From: Yuukianura sp. NJ FZ-2021
Taxonomy: Eukaryota
Length of the DNA stretch: 64,000 nucleotides
Direction: 5' to 3'
Assembly (NCBI GenBank): GCA_046563655.1
Contig: CM102285.1
Coordinates: forward strand, 7,130,001 to 7,194,000
Shown here: positions 1-11,597 of the stretch, piece after piece
Position numbering within the stretch: position 1 is the first letter of the stretch
Layout: each line of letters opens with the position of its first letter
The notes under the pieces: model-generated
What the model was told of the DNA's origin: nothing
The model's database searches: none
Seen by the model: the letters and a program-made list of their open reading frames with translations, nothing else
Position numbers and translations under genes: made by a program

Positions 1-269
1 CAGGGCTCGAAACTATAAACGGCAACTATGCTGGTTCTGCTGGCAGTTGCTGCTGTGTTTCCTAGGTTTCTACACTAACCCACACTGAAATTGCAAACTG
101 CATTGAGAAAGCAAAACTACAGAAACAGTGAAGTTGGGTCAAAAAAAGTGAAGTTGAACTTCACTTTTTTTTGCCGTCCCAACAAAAACAGCGGAATTTT
201 TTAAGTTTGGCTTGGAAACTGCAAGCAGCAACTGCGAAGTTGCCGTTTGCAGTTGCTGTTTTGAGCCTG
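1..269. mobile_element. MITE-like element with CAGGG terminus (hAT-like), starting at the window edge
   Basis: CAGGGCTCGAAAC (1-13) is imperfectly inverted at GTTTTGAGCCTG (258-269). Internal IR AAACGGCAACT/AGTTGCCGTTT. Left flank/TSD not visible. Confidence 0.45.
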
Positions 270-1268
270 TGTGTCTCTGCCTTAAGATGTGTTATGCTTA
301 AATTCTTTCGTTCTAAAAATTTACAACGAAATACACCTACTATTTATTTTTTTGTACATTCGTATCGAATTAAAAACAGCAATAATATTTACTACACGCT
401 GCAGAAATATATTGACTTAATACTTGGTAACTTGCGTTTTAGTTGCTCAGCGGTTAAATAAGCTTTGTATGTTTGGAATTTAACAAATTGAAAAGTTTTT
501 ATTTTTGAAATTCCAAAGATGAGATGACGTGTTGATATAAAATTTCCCCCAAAAGCTATTCACACCTGGAAACCGCTCTTATTATTTTCAAGTCCAGCAT
601 GTCAAAATGCCTCCGTTGTCCCGGGAGAGTGTTTAGGTCTCATCACACTTTCCGCTCAGCCTTTTCACCAATACCCATTTCTTGTCGCGTCGCTGCTGTC
701 TTAGTGTAACTTCGTCATAAAAACTCCAAAGTCATGAAAAATAAAACGTTGAGTGTCTTCGTAAACCCGCCACCGAAGGTCAAAATTTTTGGGTATTCTA
801 TATCTCCAAATTTCATTTTTCAAGATATCCTTTCCTGTCGTAAACAAACGAAACAGGAATGTCACAATCTAAACTTTTTTTTTACATCTTCCCTTGGGAA
901 AAAGGAGTTTTTGACTTTTATTACTGCTTCCTCGTTTTTGGATTGTTTTCTGTGAAAAGAAAACATCAGCGCACTGCAAAAAAAAAAAGTCTCGAAACCA
1001 AAAAATTTCAATTTTGTTAGACTAGAAAGGAAATACGCCTGATTGTTTCGAAGCCAAAAATTATCATGTAACCAGGAGAAAAAATGGTGCTTAAACAAGT
1101 TTCACACCAAACGCGGATTAAAATAATTTGCGAAAAGTAAATTAATGTAAGATAATAGCAAGGTAGGGAAGGGCGTACTGTGGTACTGTAATACTGTGGT
1201 CCCAGCACACCGTCAGAAATGAGAGTAAACTCCTCTATTTTTCAAACACGTCATTAGTTTTTACTGTA

Positions 1269-1493
1269 CCTAGCGGACCAAGGGTTTTGCGGATGGGGGG
1301 AGGGGTATCTCTCTAATCAGAGGTATGAGCGGGAATAATCTCCCGCGCTCCAACTCAACTACCACACCTTTCTATGGAGTTCATTCAAAACATTTGTCGG
1401 TTGAGTGTGGGCGCGGGAACTTATTCCCGCTCACACGTTTGTGATGAGTGGAGCTTTCTTCCCCCAAATCCGCAAAACCTTTGGTCCGCTAGG
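1269..1493. mobile_element. Hairpin MITE flanked by TACTGTA direct repeats
   Basis: TIR CCTAGCGGACCAAGGGTTTTGCGGAT / ATCCGCAAAACCTTTGGTCCGCTAGG. Internal IR GAGCGGGAATAA...TTATTCCCGCTC. TACTGTA at 1262-1268 and 1494-1500. Confidence 0.75.
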
Positions 1494-1654
1494 TACTGTA
1501 GGATAAGCACAAAAAGTGGACGACGCGAGACTTTCTCTGGCGCCACAACACTTATTTTGAAGTTTGACTTTTTTTAAACTTAAATTACTCAGCTCTTTGA
1601 AAGTACGACATGTACACGTCGGCCCTTGACAAAATGTCACCCCTGGTGACATTA

Positions 1655-2062
1655 ATGTCGCCGCTGCCATCTTGAAAACTATCTTTCATGTTTTCGACGC
1701 ATTTTGTCAAGAATTGCATCCAGTTCCCTTGAATTTGGATGAAAGCCGTAATACGTATGTTTGTTGAACAATTACGACATCCCACGGTCGCCGCCGCCAT
1801 CTTCAAAATTCACCCAGCCATTTTTTCGCCGTTTTCATGGGAATTGTATGTAGTTCCGTATGACTTGCCCAAAAGCTCTAATACATAGGTTTGTTGCTGG
1901 CGACAACTGATGGTCGCCGCCGCCATCTTGAAATTTTGTGGAATCTGATTTCCCACGCTATATTTATAAAAAAATTTTCAAGCAGTTGACCATATGATGG
2001 ATGACATGCCTAAATAGCGACAAATTATTGTCAACCGACGGTCGCCGCCGCCGTATTGGATG
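1655..2062 (+). repeat. Degenerate ~128-bp periodic repeat with GTCGCCGCCGCCATCTT core
   Basis: Core starts at 1657, 1787, 1913 and 2041 (spacing 130, 126, 128). Confidence 0.7.
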
Positions 2063-2355
2063 TCGCCCAGAACGCCATTTTAACAACTCTTCCGAGAGTT
2101 GTTTCAAATACCCTACATAAATGCCTTAAGTATGAGGGTTGAGCAGTGCCTCACTGCACTACTCAAACCCCACAATGAATAAATGAAACAAAACGAGCAA
2201 AAACCGATGATCTCTTGGGCTACGATTTCTTGAATCGTAGCTCTCTCAAAATACTAACCACTAACTAAGCCCTTTGGGCTAAACGGAAGGGCCTAAAGGG
2301 CCATAACTAATCAAACGCCGATCCGGGGGAGGGGAAAAGCCTATCACAGGCTCCC

Positions 2356-2447
2356 GGCCAATCACTGGCCAAACCAAAGCCAATCACTGGCTAAAACAAT
2401 GCCAATCACTGGCAGACCAATCACTGGTCATTGGCCACTCACTGGCC
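2356..2447 (+). repeat. Cluster of five CCAATCACTGG-like motifs
   Basis: CCAATCACTGG four times plus CCACTCACTGG within about 90 bp. Confidence 0.75.
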
Positions 2448-3222
2448 GAACGCTGAACTGACCTGGTTGACCTCTCTGATGGCGATCAGGTAGTTGACAT
2501 TGGCGGAGCTATCTGGAGGAGCTGCCAACGGCATGGCAGTTGGAAAGAGAATCCTCTTCTTCTTTTTCTTGTGTTCTCCTGTCGGCTCTGCCGACACAAA
2601 AGGGAGGAAGACTGGGGACAACCATTTATGGGCATTCGCCCTACTTAATTTAACTTAACTAAATATTTAACTCTCCGATGAGGTCCATGACCTCATATTA
2701 GAAAAACTGGTTGCGAGTGCGACGACAATTTACAAGTTGATGTAGGATTCAAAATGTGGGCGGCGACCGTCGACCTATGTAGGTGTTCGTCGGCAGTCGG
2801 GGAACAATTTATCTTCATTTTCTTGGAGTTTGTGTTTTTTTTTGACACTGCACTTTAAAATCAACTCGTCGGTAAAAGAATTACCGTCTTACAATATTTT
2901 GGTGAGTAAAATCCCTAACTCACGTTCTTACAATGAAGTACTGTAAGAATTTGGTGTGCCACCGTCACAGTCAAGTTTACAGTACGCCCGTCCCTACCTA
3001 TCTAAAGCAATTTATTTGACTGATGTGGGAAAGAAAGTGTTTCCAAAGTTAAATAAAGCTTTCACTTGATTACTTTTCTGTGATAGTAATACAGAATCCG
3101 ATTTCGTCACTTCTCCTAGTCAACTGAAAAATCTCCTAACCAAAATCGTCTTGACAACCCTGCATCACAAATATTTCAATAACATCGAAATATATATGGA
3201 CTTCGAGTGTGTAAGATAAATG

Positions 3223-3905
3223 CAGTGAGGTCCAGCTAAAAGAGTATGTTGGAGGAATTGACAAGGCCAAGCCAATAGCCGCTTGACCTTGGTCAACCCC
3301 TCCACTAATTAAATTAAAATTCTTTCTTTTCTCTGAGTCTTACAGGCTCTAACGCCTGGCTTAGTGTCATGCCTTGTGACATGATCCATGGCACAAGGTG
3401 AGGCATTTTGTGTCCATGGACTGACGAGTGACCAAGGTCACTCAGCAGACCATGTCAAGACTCTCCTGCCCCACCAACCTCAGTCGGCCTGTAGCTCTCC
3501 TCTTCTCAACTTCTCAGTTGTCACAGAGTCCGATTCCCTTAAATTCTAAATCGAAACATTAGGCTCCGTCATTTCTTTCTTTTTTTAATAAAAAGGGTGA
3601 AAGCCCCAAAAAATCCAACGCTCATCTTGTTGTTTTCACCTGGCTTGATTTCAATTTCAAGTGTTTCCTAATTACCAGGAGTTCGCTGAGAACTCCGACA
3701 GAGTACACACGTATTTTGTTTCCATAGAGACTAGTTGAAACTTATGTAAACATAAGGGGAAAGTTAACTCAAGATTTGAAATTTTAGCTAAGCTAATGTA
3801 GTGGAACTTTTGCAAATCGCGTTATTTCACTCGTTTTCCCTTCATAGTTTCGAAATTAAGCAAATTACTGATTTCTGGGTGTACTCTTTTAGCTGGACCT
3901 CACTG
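3223..3905. mobile_element. Tc1/mariner-type non-autonomous element (MITE)
   Basis: 24-bp TIR CAGTGAGGTCCAGCTAAAAGAGTA / TACTCTTTTAGCTGGACCTCACTG. Right flank TA, left flank TG. Internal segment 3403-3445 recurs inverted at about 17321-17363. Confidence 0.75.
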
Positions 3906-4113
3906 TATAATGATAATAGTAATAATAATATAATAACAATAATAATAACACAATAATAGTAATATAATATAATATAATAAAATAAAATATAATAATTACA
4001 ATAATAACAACAATAATAGTAACATAATATAATATAATATAATATAATATAATATAATATAATATAATATAATAAAATATAATAATTACAATAATAACAA
4101 AAATAATAATAAC
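3906..4113. repeat. AT-rich microsatellite, (AAT)n/(AATAT)n
   Basis: Directly visible simple repeat starting at the right-hand TA of the MITE. Confidence 0.9.
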
Positions 4114-5239
4114 AATTCTATCTTGTTCAATTAGAAAAAAGTATGTGGAGGTAAGACGGTGAAATTTTCTTCTCAGTAATGTCTGATTTTTTAATGTGAT
4201 TCAGTTAATTTGTGGGTTTAAGGGGTTTGGAAAAAAAAGTATTTAGACGGTTCATATTTATTTACATTAGTAAAAAGTGTGAAGATGAAACGGCAGTTTG
4301 TTCATTTATGATTCAATGGTTTTCGGCAGCATTTCAAAACGAAAGGTTCAAGTGCCTTGTCTTTACATTGGGGGAGATCGATTTCTGTTGTGTTTGCCTG
4401 GAAAATATAGAGACCAAACAGAATCCAACTGGGAAAATAATAACACTTTCTTACTCCTCCGTCTACTTTATTACCTTCCGTGAAAGAGCTTCTCTGACCA
4501 CGGGTAGCCAAAGTCTTTTCACAATTGGTGCGCTGGTTTAAGTGAAAGTGCGGAAGCGAGATCGTAAATCAAATCATCTCATCAGAGAAACCGTGCCGCC
4601 TCCCGCTTTAGTCCACCACACTTAGGTGAGTCCAGTTTCAAAAGCGTCCTTTTACCAATCCAAATGACTTTTCTTATAGGCTTATACCAACCAGGGGTAG
4701 GCGTAGAGGTTTGGGCACGGTTTGTTATATTAGCTTCGGTATATTAGCTGTATTAAGCAAGTCCTACCTAATTGAGGAAACAATTCCTATGTTCACATTG
4801 CACGAGTAGGAAATGAAAGAGGAAAGTGTTTTACGCATGACTGATGTTTGAAATTACAATTCCACAAATTTGCATTCTTAATTGCGGTGGCTTTTTGAGG
4901 TTGCAACTGTTCGTGTTTTCATGTTTAACAACAACTAAAATCAATAGTCTTGTTTTTTGAATCTTGATCAAGTTTTTACATTAGTCAAATCGCTGAATAA
5001 TTCATAAATCTTGTATGAGGTTTACTTCCCAATAAGCACTAAATGTAAGGGAGAAGACAGGCCCATGCAATTTTTACATGTTTGGCCAACATCTGGGGTT
5101 GGCCGCCCTCTCAAGCATTTCCCATTGATGCGCGCCTTAGCTGGGCCAAGCACTAGTCATCCTTCCCACCATCTCCCTAGCATTGCCGCGTAAGGCCCTT
5201 ACAAGGCCACAGGTTTCCCGCCGGTTAAATGCCACACAT

Positions 5240-5432
5240 GAAACAAATAATTGCCAGTCACTAATTAAAATCTTATTTACTGATTAATTAGTTTAGTTTA
5301 GTTAAGTAGTCTAGTATAATGGAACGTTACATTATGGAATGTTCTGTTCCATTATACTCAACTAAGTAACTAAACTAAGCTAATCAATCAGTTAATAGGA
5401 TCCAAATTAATGACTAGCAATAGAATGTTTCA
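5240..5432. mobile_element. Degenerate foldback/MITE
   Basis: TGAAAC..TTGCCAGTCACTAATT..AGTATAATGGAAC mirrored by GTTCCATTATACT..AATTAATGACTAGCAA..GTTTCA. Confidence 0.5.
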
Positions 5433-7164
5433 CACTATGGCGAGATTACCTTAGCGAGAACAGAATCCACTTCCAATTTCCCTAACTCCGTTTGTTTGAT
5501 GTCTTCATCTACTAGTTTTCATATTTCGGTAACGTAAGTTAATTGAACTTAATAATGACTTTAATCAAAAACAGAAGAGTGAAATGTCGAAGTTAGATGT
5601 TAGATGTGTGAGGATTCTGTTTTTGTTTTTGTCAGGTTAGGCTAACATTCCCCGGACTTGGCCCATCCCAAAACCGCGATAAGCCGCGTTGACAATTCTC
5701 ACATACTTGGCCCTGGGAAGGGCAATGAATATTTCTGTTTTCTTTTTTTTGTCCATGTGCGGGAGTTGTAAGGGAAATAGGTGGCTGGTAGGACATTGTC
5801 CACCCGAGGGTAAAATGTCACCCGCATCCATGGGCCAAAGAGAAAGCCAAACTTTTCCCAGTGGCCTGACATCTCCCACACTCATCGTGTTGGGGACTTC
5901 ACTGGGCCTAACATTTTTGCTTATTGGGTTGTGTTTCTGAATTTTTTTTTAACGTCCGACAAGGAGAAAGCTTAAATCCAAAATTTGTGGAGGGGGGGGG
6001 GGGAGGTCAAAAGTGGGCAATTTTGCTTGCATTGCGAAAGAAAAAAAAATGAGCGGCATATTCGACCTGATTTGCGGTTGTATGACCATATGTTGTGAAT
6101 TATATTTAACTCTCCGCACGGTGTCTGCGGACAAGATTTGAAACATGGCGGCAATGGTAAATGGTACGTCGTGCTGAGGTTAATATTCATGTCGACACGG
6201 TCACCATGATTTATGGCCTCATTTTTCTTCTTTCTTCAAATCTCGGCTTCCCCTTCGGACAAAAGAACATGGACTCAATACTTGGTATATGCCGAGATAT
6301 CCACTTTCTCTGGAGGAAGTGGAAGAAACAGCGGGGCAGTATTTTTTATTCAAAATTTCGATTCAGAATAAAAAATGCTTGGATTTCAAAACGAGGAAGA
6401 AGCCCTCCCTTTCGAGACGGTTCAAGACGCATCGCGGTCTCCTGTCTTCTTCCTGCTATAAATTATACAAAACGGAAATATCTTTCTGTCCAGTTTTTAT
6501 CTCTTCGAAGATAAAGACAATGACAAAAAACAAAACGTAACCAAATTTATTTGTTGTTCATTTCCACAATTGAAAATAAACATTTCCCCCAAAAAGTATT
6601 GAAGTTTAAGCATGTAAAGTACGGCTTAAGGTTTACCTTAAGAGCTAAATAATTTTAATTAGAAATCCATTCGCTGAGTTGTACTCCATCCTATGGATTT
6701 TCGTGCAAAATTTAATTTCGTATCCTATCTCATCTTGGAAAACTTCAGGAGCAAATTTCAAGCAGTAAAATGTAAAATTCATTAAAAGGTTTTAGTGTCT
6801 CGTGAGGAAAGCACGAACCGGGTTCGTTTAGTTTTTCTAAGTAATAGCGCTGCAACAAATAGGATTAGTTATTTCCTTAAATTCCTTTTTTCCCCTTGTT
6901 CTTGCAATTGATAGCGGTTTTTATTTGCACACAGTCAGATAAAAACCCCGATATTTCAAATCGAGGGGTCCATCCAAAAATAGACAAAGTACAGGAAGCT
7001 TAAGGTTGACACGGATTTCAAAAACGTTGTACCTGAAATAAAAGAAAGTCAGCATAAGGAAATATTAAAGCTATATTGTCAGCGTCGAGTGTTTTTCCGT
7101 TGCAATCACCAACGGCCTGAACTATTATAGTGTTTCGATATCCAATTCCAGTCACAGTGTCTCC

Positions 7165-10100
7165 TTAGTTTAGTTTGTGTTTCATGATGACAGATACGGA
7201 GTAAAGTTTCTTCCAGTTTCCCACATAGGCAGAGCAGTTAACCTTGCTGACCCCTTGTCGAAAATGTGCAATCCTCAAGGTCAACCTTAAACCTAGAGTT
7301 GAAGTGTAGAGGTCAATCTGTTGACCATGCTTAACTCTCACCTCGCGTACTGGATCGTAGGCAACCACTTCCTGACCTTCAACCTAAAACAAAATAATGT
7401 TTAGAAAATTCAACTTCAATTTATTTTTTTAATTTACAAAATAAAGTAAAGTAATTCAGTAAAGAAACGGTTTATTTAAAAAAAATAGATTTAATTTAAG
7501 AGCGTGTTAAGGAGATGCACTATGGGAGAATTGCAACCCTTTTGTCTCAACTTTTTTTTTCATGAATTTGTACAAGAAAACAAGTTCGGATTAATTAAAA
7601 ATGCATTAAATATTGAAAAAAAATTATTTTGAGCAAAAAATCCGAACAAACCGAAATTTTTTAAAAATCCGAAATTTGGATATTTCGGTTTTGGAGTAAA
7701 ATTTTGAGAACATGAGCCTGGCTGCTTACTATAAGAGCTATTGTGAAGCAACATTTCAAATTTGAGGAAGTTATACGAAGAAATGGCCGAGTTATAGAGG
7801 AAAATTTGAATTTAGAGGGTCAACTTGGAAAATTCGCCCGCCCTTCCGGTTTGAAGGCTCCACCCAAATAGGGTGGCAAATAAAAGACATTCTCAAGCGC
7901 TACAGCTTACCTATTATGCATTTCGTCGAATTCCGTCTGGCAATTAGTGAAAGGACCCTTCAAAATATTCTAACCAACTTGCACTCTTGATGAGGGGTAA
8001 AATAGTGCCAAACACTGATACTCAAAACGGAATTACAATTCATGATAAGATAAACACTGTGTCACGAAAATCAGTGTTTTAGAATTTTTCAAGACAATAG
8101 TGTAACTTACTACAGTAACAGTGAATTGATTATCTCCGCACGAATTGCGATTTCGTTGTGAGTATTAGTGTTTGGCACTATTTTACCCCTCATTAAGAGT
8201 GCAAGTTGGTTAGAAAACTTTAAAGGGACGTTTCACTAATTTCCAGACGGAATTCGACGAAATGCCTAAAAGATAAGTTGTAGCGCTTGAGATTGTCTTT
8301 CATTTGCCACCTTACTTGGGTGGAGCTGTAAAACCGGAACGACGGGCGAATTTTCATAGTTGACCCTATAAATTCACATTTTCCTCTATAACTCGGCATT
8401 TTCCACTATTTCTTTACATAGCTTCCTCAAATTTGAAACGGAGCTTCACAATAGCTCTGGTAGTAAGAACCCAGGTTCAGGTTCTCGAAATTTTACTCCA
8501 AAACCGAAATATCCGAATTTCGGATTTTTTAAAAAATTTCGGTTTTTTTTGGATTTTTTGCTCAAAATAAATCGTTTTCAATATTTAATGCATTTTTAAT
8601 TAATCCGAACTTGTTTTCTTGTACAAATTCATGAAAAAAAAGTTTAGACAAAAGGGTTGCAATTCTCCCATAGTGAGATGAGTAGAGCACATAATAAATT
8701 ACATAAGCAAGGAAGAAGGTTTTCGAAACATGCCAAGCAGATAGCTAATAATAAGCCATGGGAATGCCAAAATGGGAGACCGAAAAAACTTAAAACAGGG
8801 CTAATATTTGTAAATAGTAACAGCATTTGAATAACTCGGCATAAAGTTGTCTTGACCGGGGAGAAATTTTGAGAGTAACTCTCAAATACTCACAAACAAC
8901 AAGAATTATTCTTATTGGTCCGAAGCTGTGCAATGCTGCTTTTGTATTTCAACGGATACATTTCGTAAAACATCTATTTCCTCTATTCCACATTCCTCTA
9001 TTCCTAATGCACATTATTCCTGTTCCACACAAGGAGAGCAACTTTTAACAGTCATCCCCAACAATTTTGTCTAGAAATTGATTTGTAGTTGTTGACTATT
9101 TGACGGAGAATTCAGTCGAAGCTGTACACTCAAGCTGAGTTACTGACAGTTGAGATTTGTGTTGGTGGCTTGGTGCTGCAAATAAGACACTCTACATTAC
9201 AAACTCCTCCGAACGTAGCAAAGACTGCTGAAATATATGGGTAATTCACCAGGCTAGCACGATATTTACGCCAATTCGTTTTTAGTTCAAATGAAAGCCA
9301 TAATGTATCTAGTAAACGGTATCATTGTTTCTAAAGGTACATTACTTTGATGCTATTTGAGGAACTAATTTGAATAACGCTGTGGATCGGATTCTTAGCA
9401 CTCTCTTTAAAAAAACCATTACACCTGAGTACAGCAGTACTGGCAGGGGATCTCGTCGACAAACCTCAGCTTAAAACTTCGTTTCCCCAAAGGAGTTTTT
9501 TCCCGATGTTAATTACTGAGTCTTGTAGCACAATTTATTTTACTCATTTCTGTAAGTGTCAAATTTGTCACTTTTTTTTTCGTTAACTGCAAATTACTTT
9601 AGTATGTATTCAATTTGTAGATCATCACACCTTCTTTTAACTATTAGTTTCGGTTTTGATTTGAATAAATTTAGCTATTGATACTTCCAAAACATGCTTT
9701 GGTGGGATTAATAAAATATTTTCGACAGGCCAAACAGTTTTAACAAAAGCGGACCACTATACTGCTTTTAAGTAGGGGAAGCATTTAACTCAAGGGTTGG
9801 GAAACTAGAGGGCCAAATTTTGGAAGTCAAAGTTGGGAAAGTGTAGCTAGCCTGTATCACAGAGGAGAAAATTGGGACATGGGCCAAATTATCGTCTAAA
9901 TTGGGGAACGAACTCATCCCAACTCAAATGGCGTCACTTTCCCAGCTCATACAGATATTGCGCCAATTGTTTCCATGTAAGTTGGTGTTATCTCACCAAC
10001 TTACTTGGGAACAATGGGCCTATTTTGTTTCTGTTCCAAAAGGTCCCGTACCTGTTTGTTTACCTGAAGCGGAACTGGAACAGTTAACTTACTAATTTGA

Positions 10101-11597
10101 GTGAGGAAAGTATGGAGGACAAGGTCGAGAACAATTTCTTGCTTCCCTCTATTTACTATTATTCCAGCGCCCACCTCGTTTAGGACGCGTTCCTGTAAAC
10201 ATAAATCAAATGTCCACGAATTAAACACTATTTTCACATATGCACCTAATATCATTTTTTGAAGGAGTTGAGCGGTAATCCAACTGAATTAAGGTATTTA
10301 CATTTACACATAATATATTACTAACATTGTTATATGTGTACAACTATAATTGCAGTAGTTCATAGTTAATTAAATGAGACAAAGTTTGATGATGTTGAAA
10401 AATCAACATCCGGCGAAAGCGTTTCAGCCGTTTTCAGCCTCCCTGTACTAACGTCCGTGGTCTTGGTTACAGGCTATAACTTATATCAAGTTTAAGTTGG
10501 TTAAGAAATAATGGACGTTCCAAGAAAAATGGTAGAACTCAGTTCGGTTTGATGCCAAACATTCTGTTTCGTTTCTGGTCAATTGTTCCAGTTCCACTTG
10601 TATTTCCACGTGGAAAGGGAACGAAACGGAACTTTGCCTAACTAACCTAACTCGACGGATAATCAACCTAATTTTCATGCTTATTTTCATAATAATTCAA
10701 TCCCTACCGTACTGTGCATATGATCAGTTGCAGTTGTTTAAACGTGCTGTTATTGTTTTTCTTGAAACGTTTTAAATACTTCCAAGACATGAGAAAATAA
10801 ACCGCAATAAAATCACGTATTTTTAGCACTTACTTTCTCCAATTCGTATTCGCGTCTTTCCCGAATTTTTTCGCTCTAACTTTCTCCTGCTGGAAAAATA
10901 TCTCAAATAGAAACGGCATCACCTACCTCCTGCTGTTGTGAATTCAATGTCAGTCTCTACAACCTAGCGCTATTGTTGCAGAAACTTCCAATGGTTTGTT
11001 CAAAACAAGATTTAAGACTTGTTTTACCAGACGTTTAAACCGCGTGCTTAAAAAACCGTTTAAAACAAGGATGCTCTGATCTACAGTTTGAATTATTAAG
11101 GTAATAAATGGTTTACGCACGGATATAACGAATTTCTTGAAACCCATGTCGTTTCTTTTACTTCCTTGATGTAAAATCGCATACCAACGATGAGATTTCC
11201 ATTTTTGGACAAGGTGCAATAGGAAGGACGTTCCTCCGAAACTCCGCATTTGTAGTTCCCACTGGACTGGAGCGTCAGATTAGTAAGAGTTAATCTATTC
11301 ATTGTCGCGTTACTCTGGAAGACAAAGAAAACTGAGGTCAAAGCAAGGTCAGGGGCGCATGAACTTGAGAATAGTAAGCCCTACCTGAACAAATAGTCCT
11401 GGGACTTGGAAACGCTGGCTGGCCAGAGCTCTGTTAGGGGAGTAGCTGAAGAGTTCGTAGTCACCTTTATACCATTTGACGGACAGCAGTTGGTCAGCTT
11501 CAATATTAAAGTCACATCGCAGTGTCTCGGACCTCCCCGTATATCCCCGTCAAGGAAGCCACCACTACTTCTAGGCAAAGAGCCTGGACAAACATCT
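7165..11597 (-). pseudogene. Beat-like (beaten path family) Ig-domain gene, probably disrupted
   Basis: Splice-bounded exons on the minus strand. 11597-11385: TLRCDFNIEADQLLSVKWYKGDYELFSY, needs removal of 1 nt in the C-run at 11535-11538. 11314-11185: LTLTNLTLQSSGNYKCGVSEERPSY. 7383-7165: STLGLRLTLRIAHFRQGVSKVNCSAYVG. All align by eye with the gene at 59568-60996. Signal-peptide exon and first half of the second Ig domain not found intact. Confidence 0.65.
7518..8675. mobile_element. Transib-like non-autonomous foldback element
   Basis: Ends CACTATGGGAGAATTGCAACCC / GGGTTGCAATTCTCCCATAGTG. 5-bp TSD AGATG (7513-7517, 8676-8680). Inverted arms about 520 bp each (to ~8041 and from ~8142). CAC(A/T)ATG ends with a 5-bp TSD are Transib hallmarks. 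Confidence 0.8.

Larger units (their letters stand above)
1161..2999. mobile_element. Old composite TIR element (about 21-bp inverted ends) containing nested repeats
   Basis: AGGTAGGGAAGGGCGTACTGT (1161-1181) vs ACAGTACGCCCGTCCCTACCT (2979-2999), 1 mismatch. No clear TSD. Confidence 0.45.
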
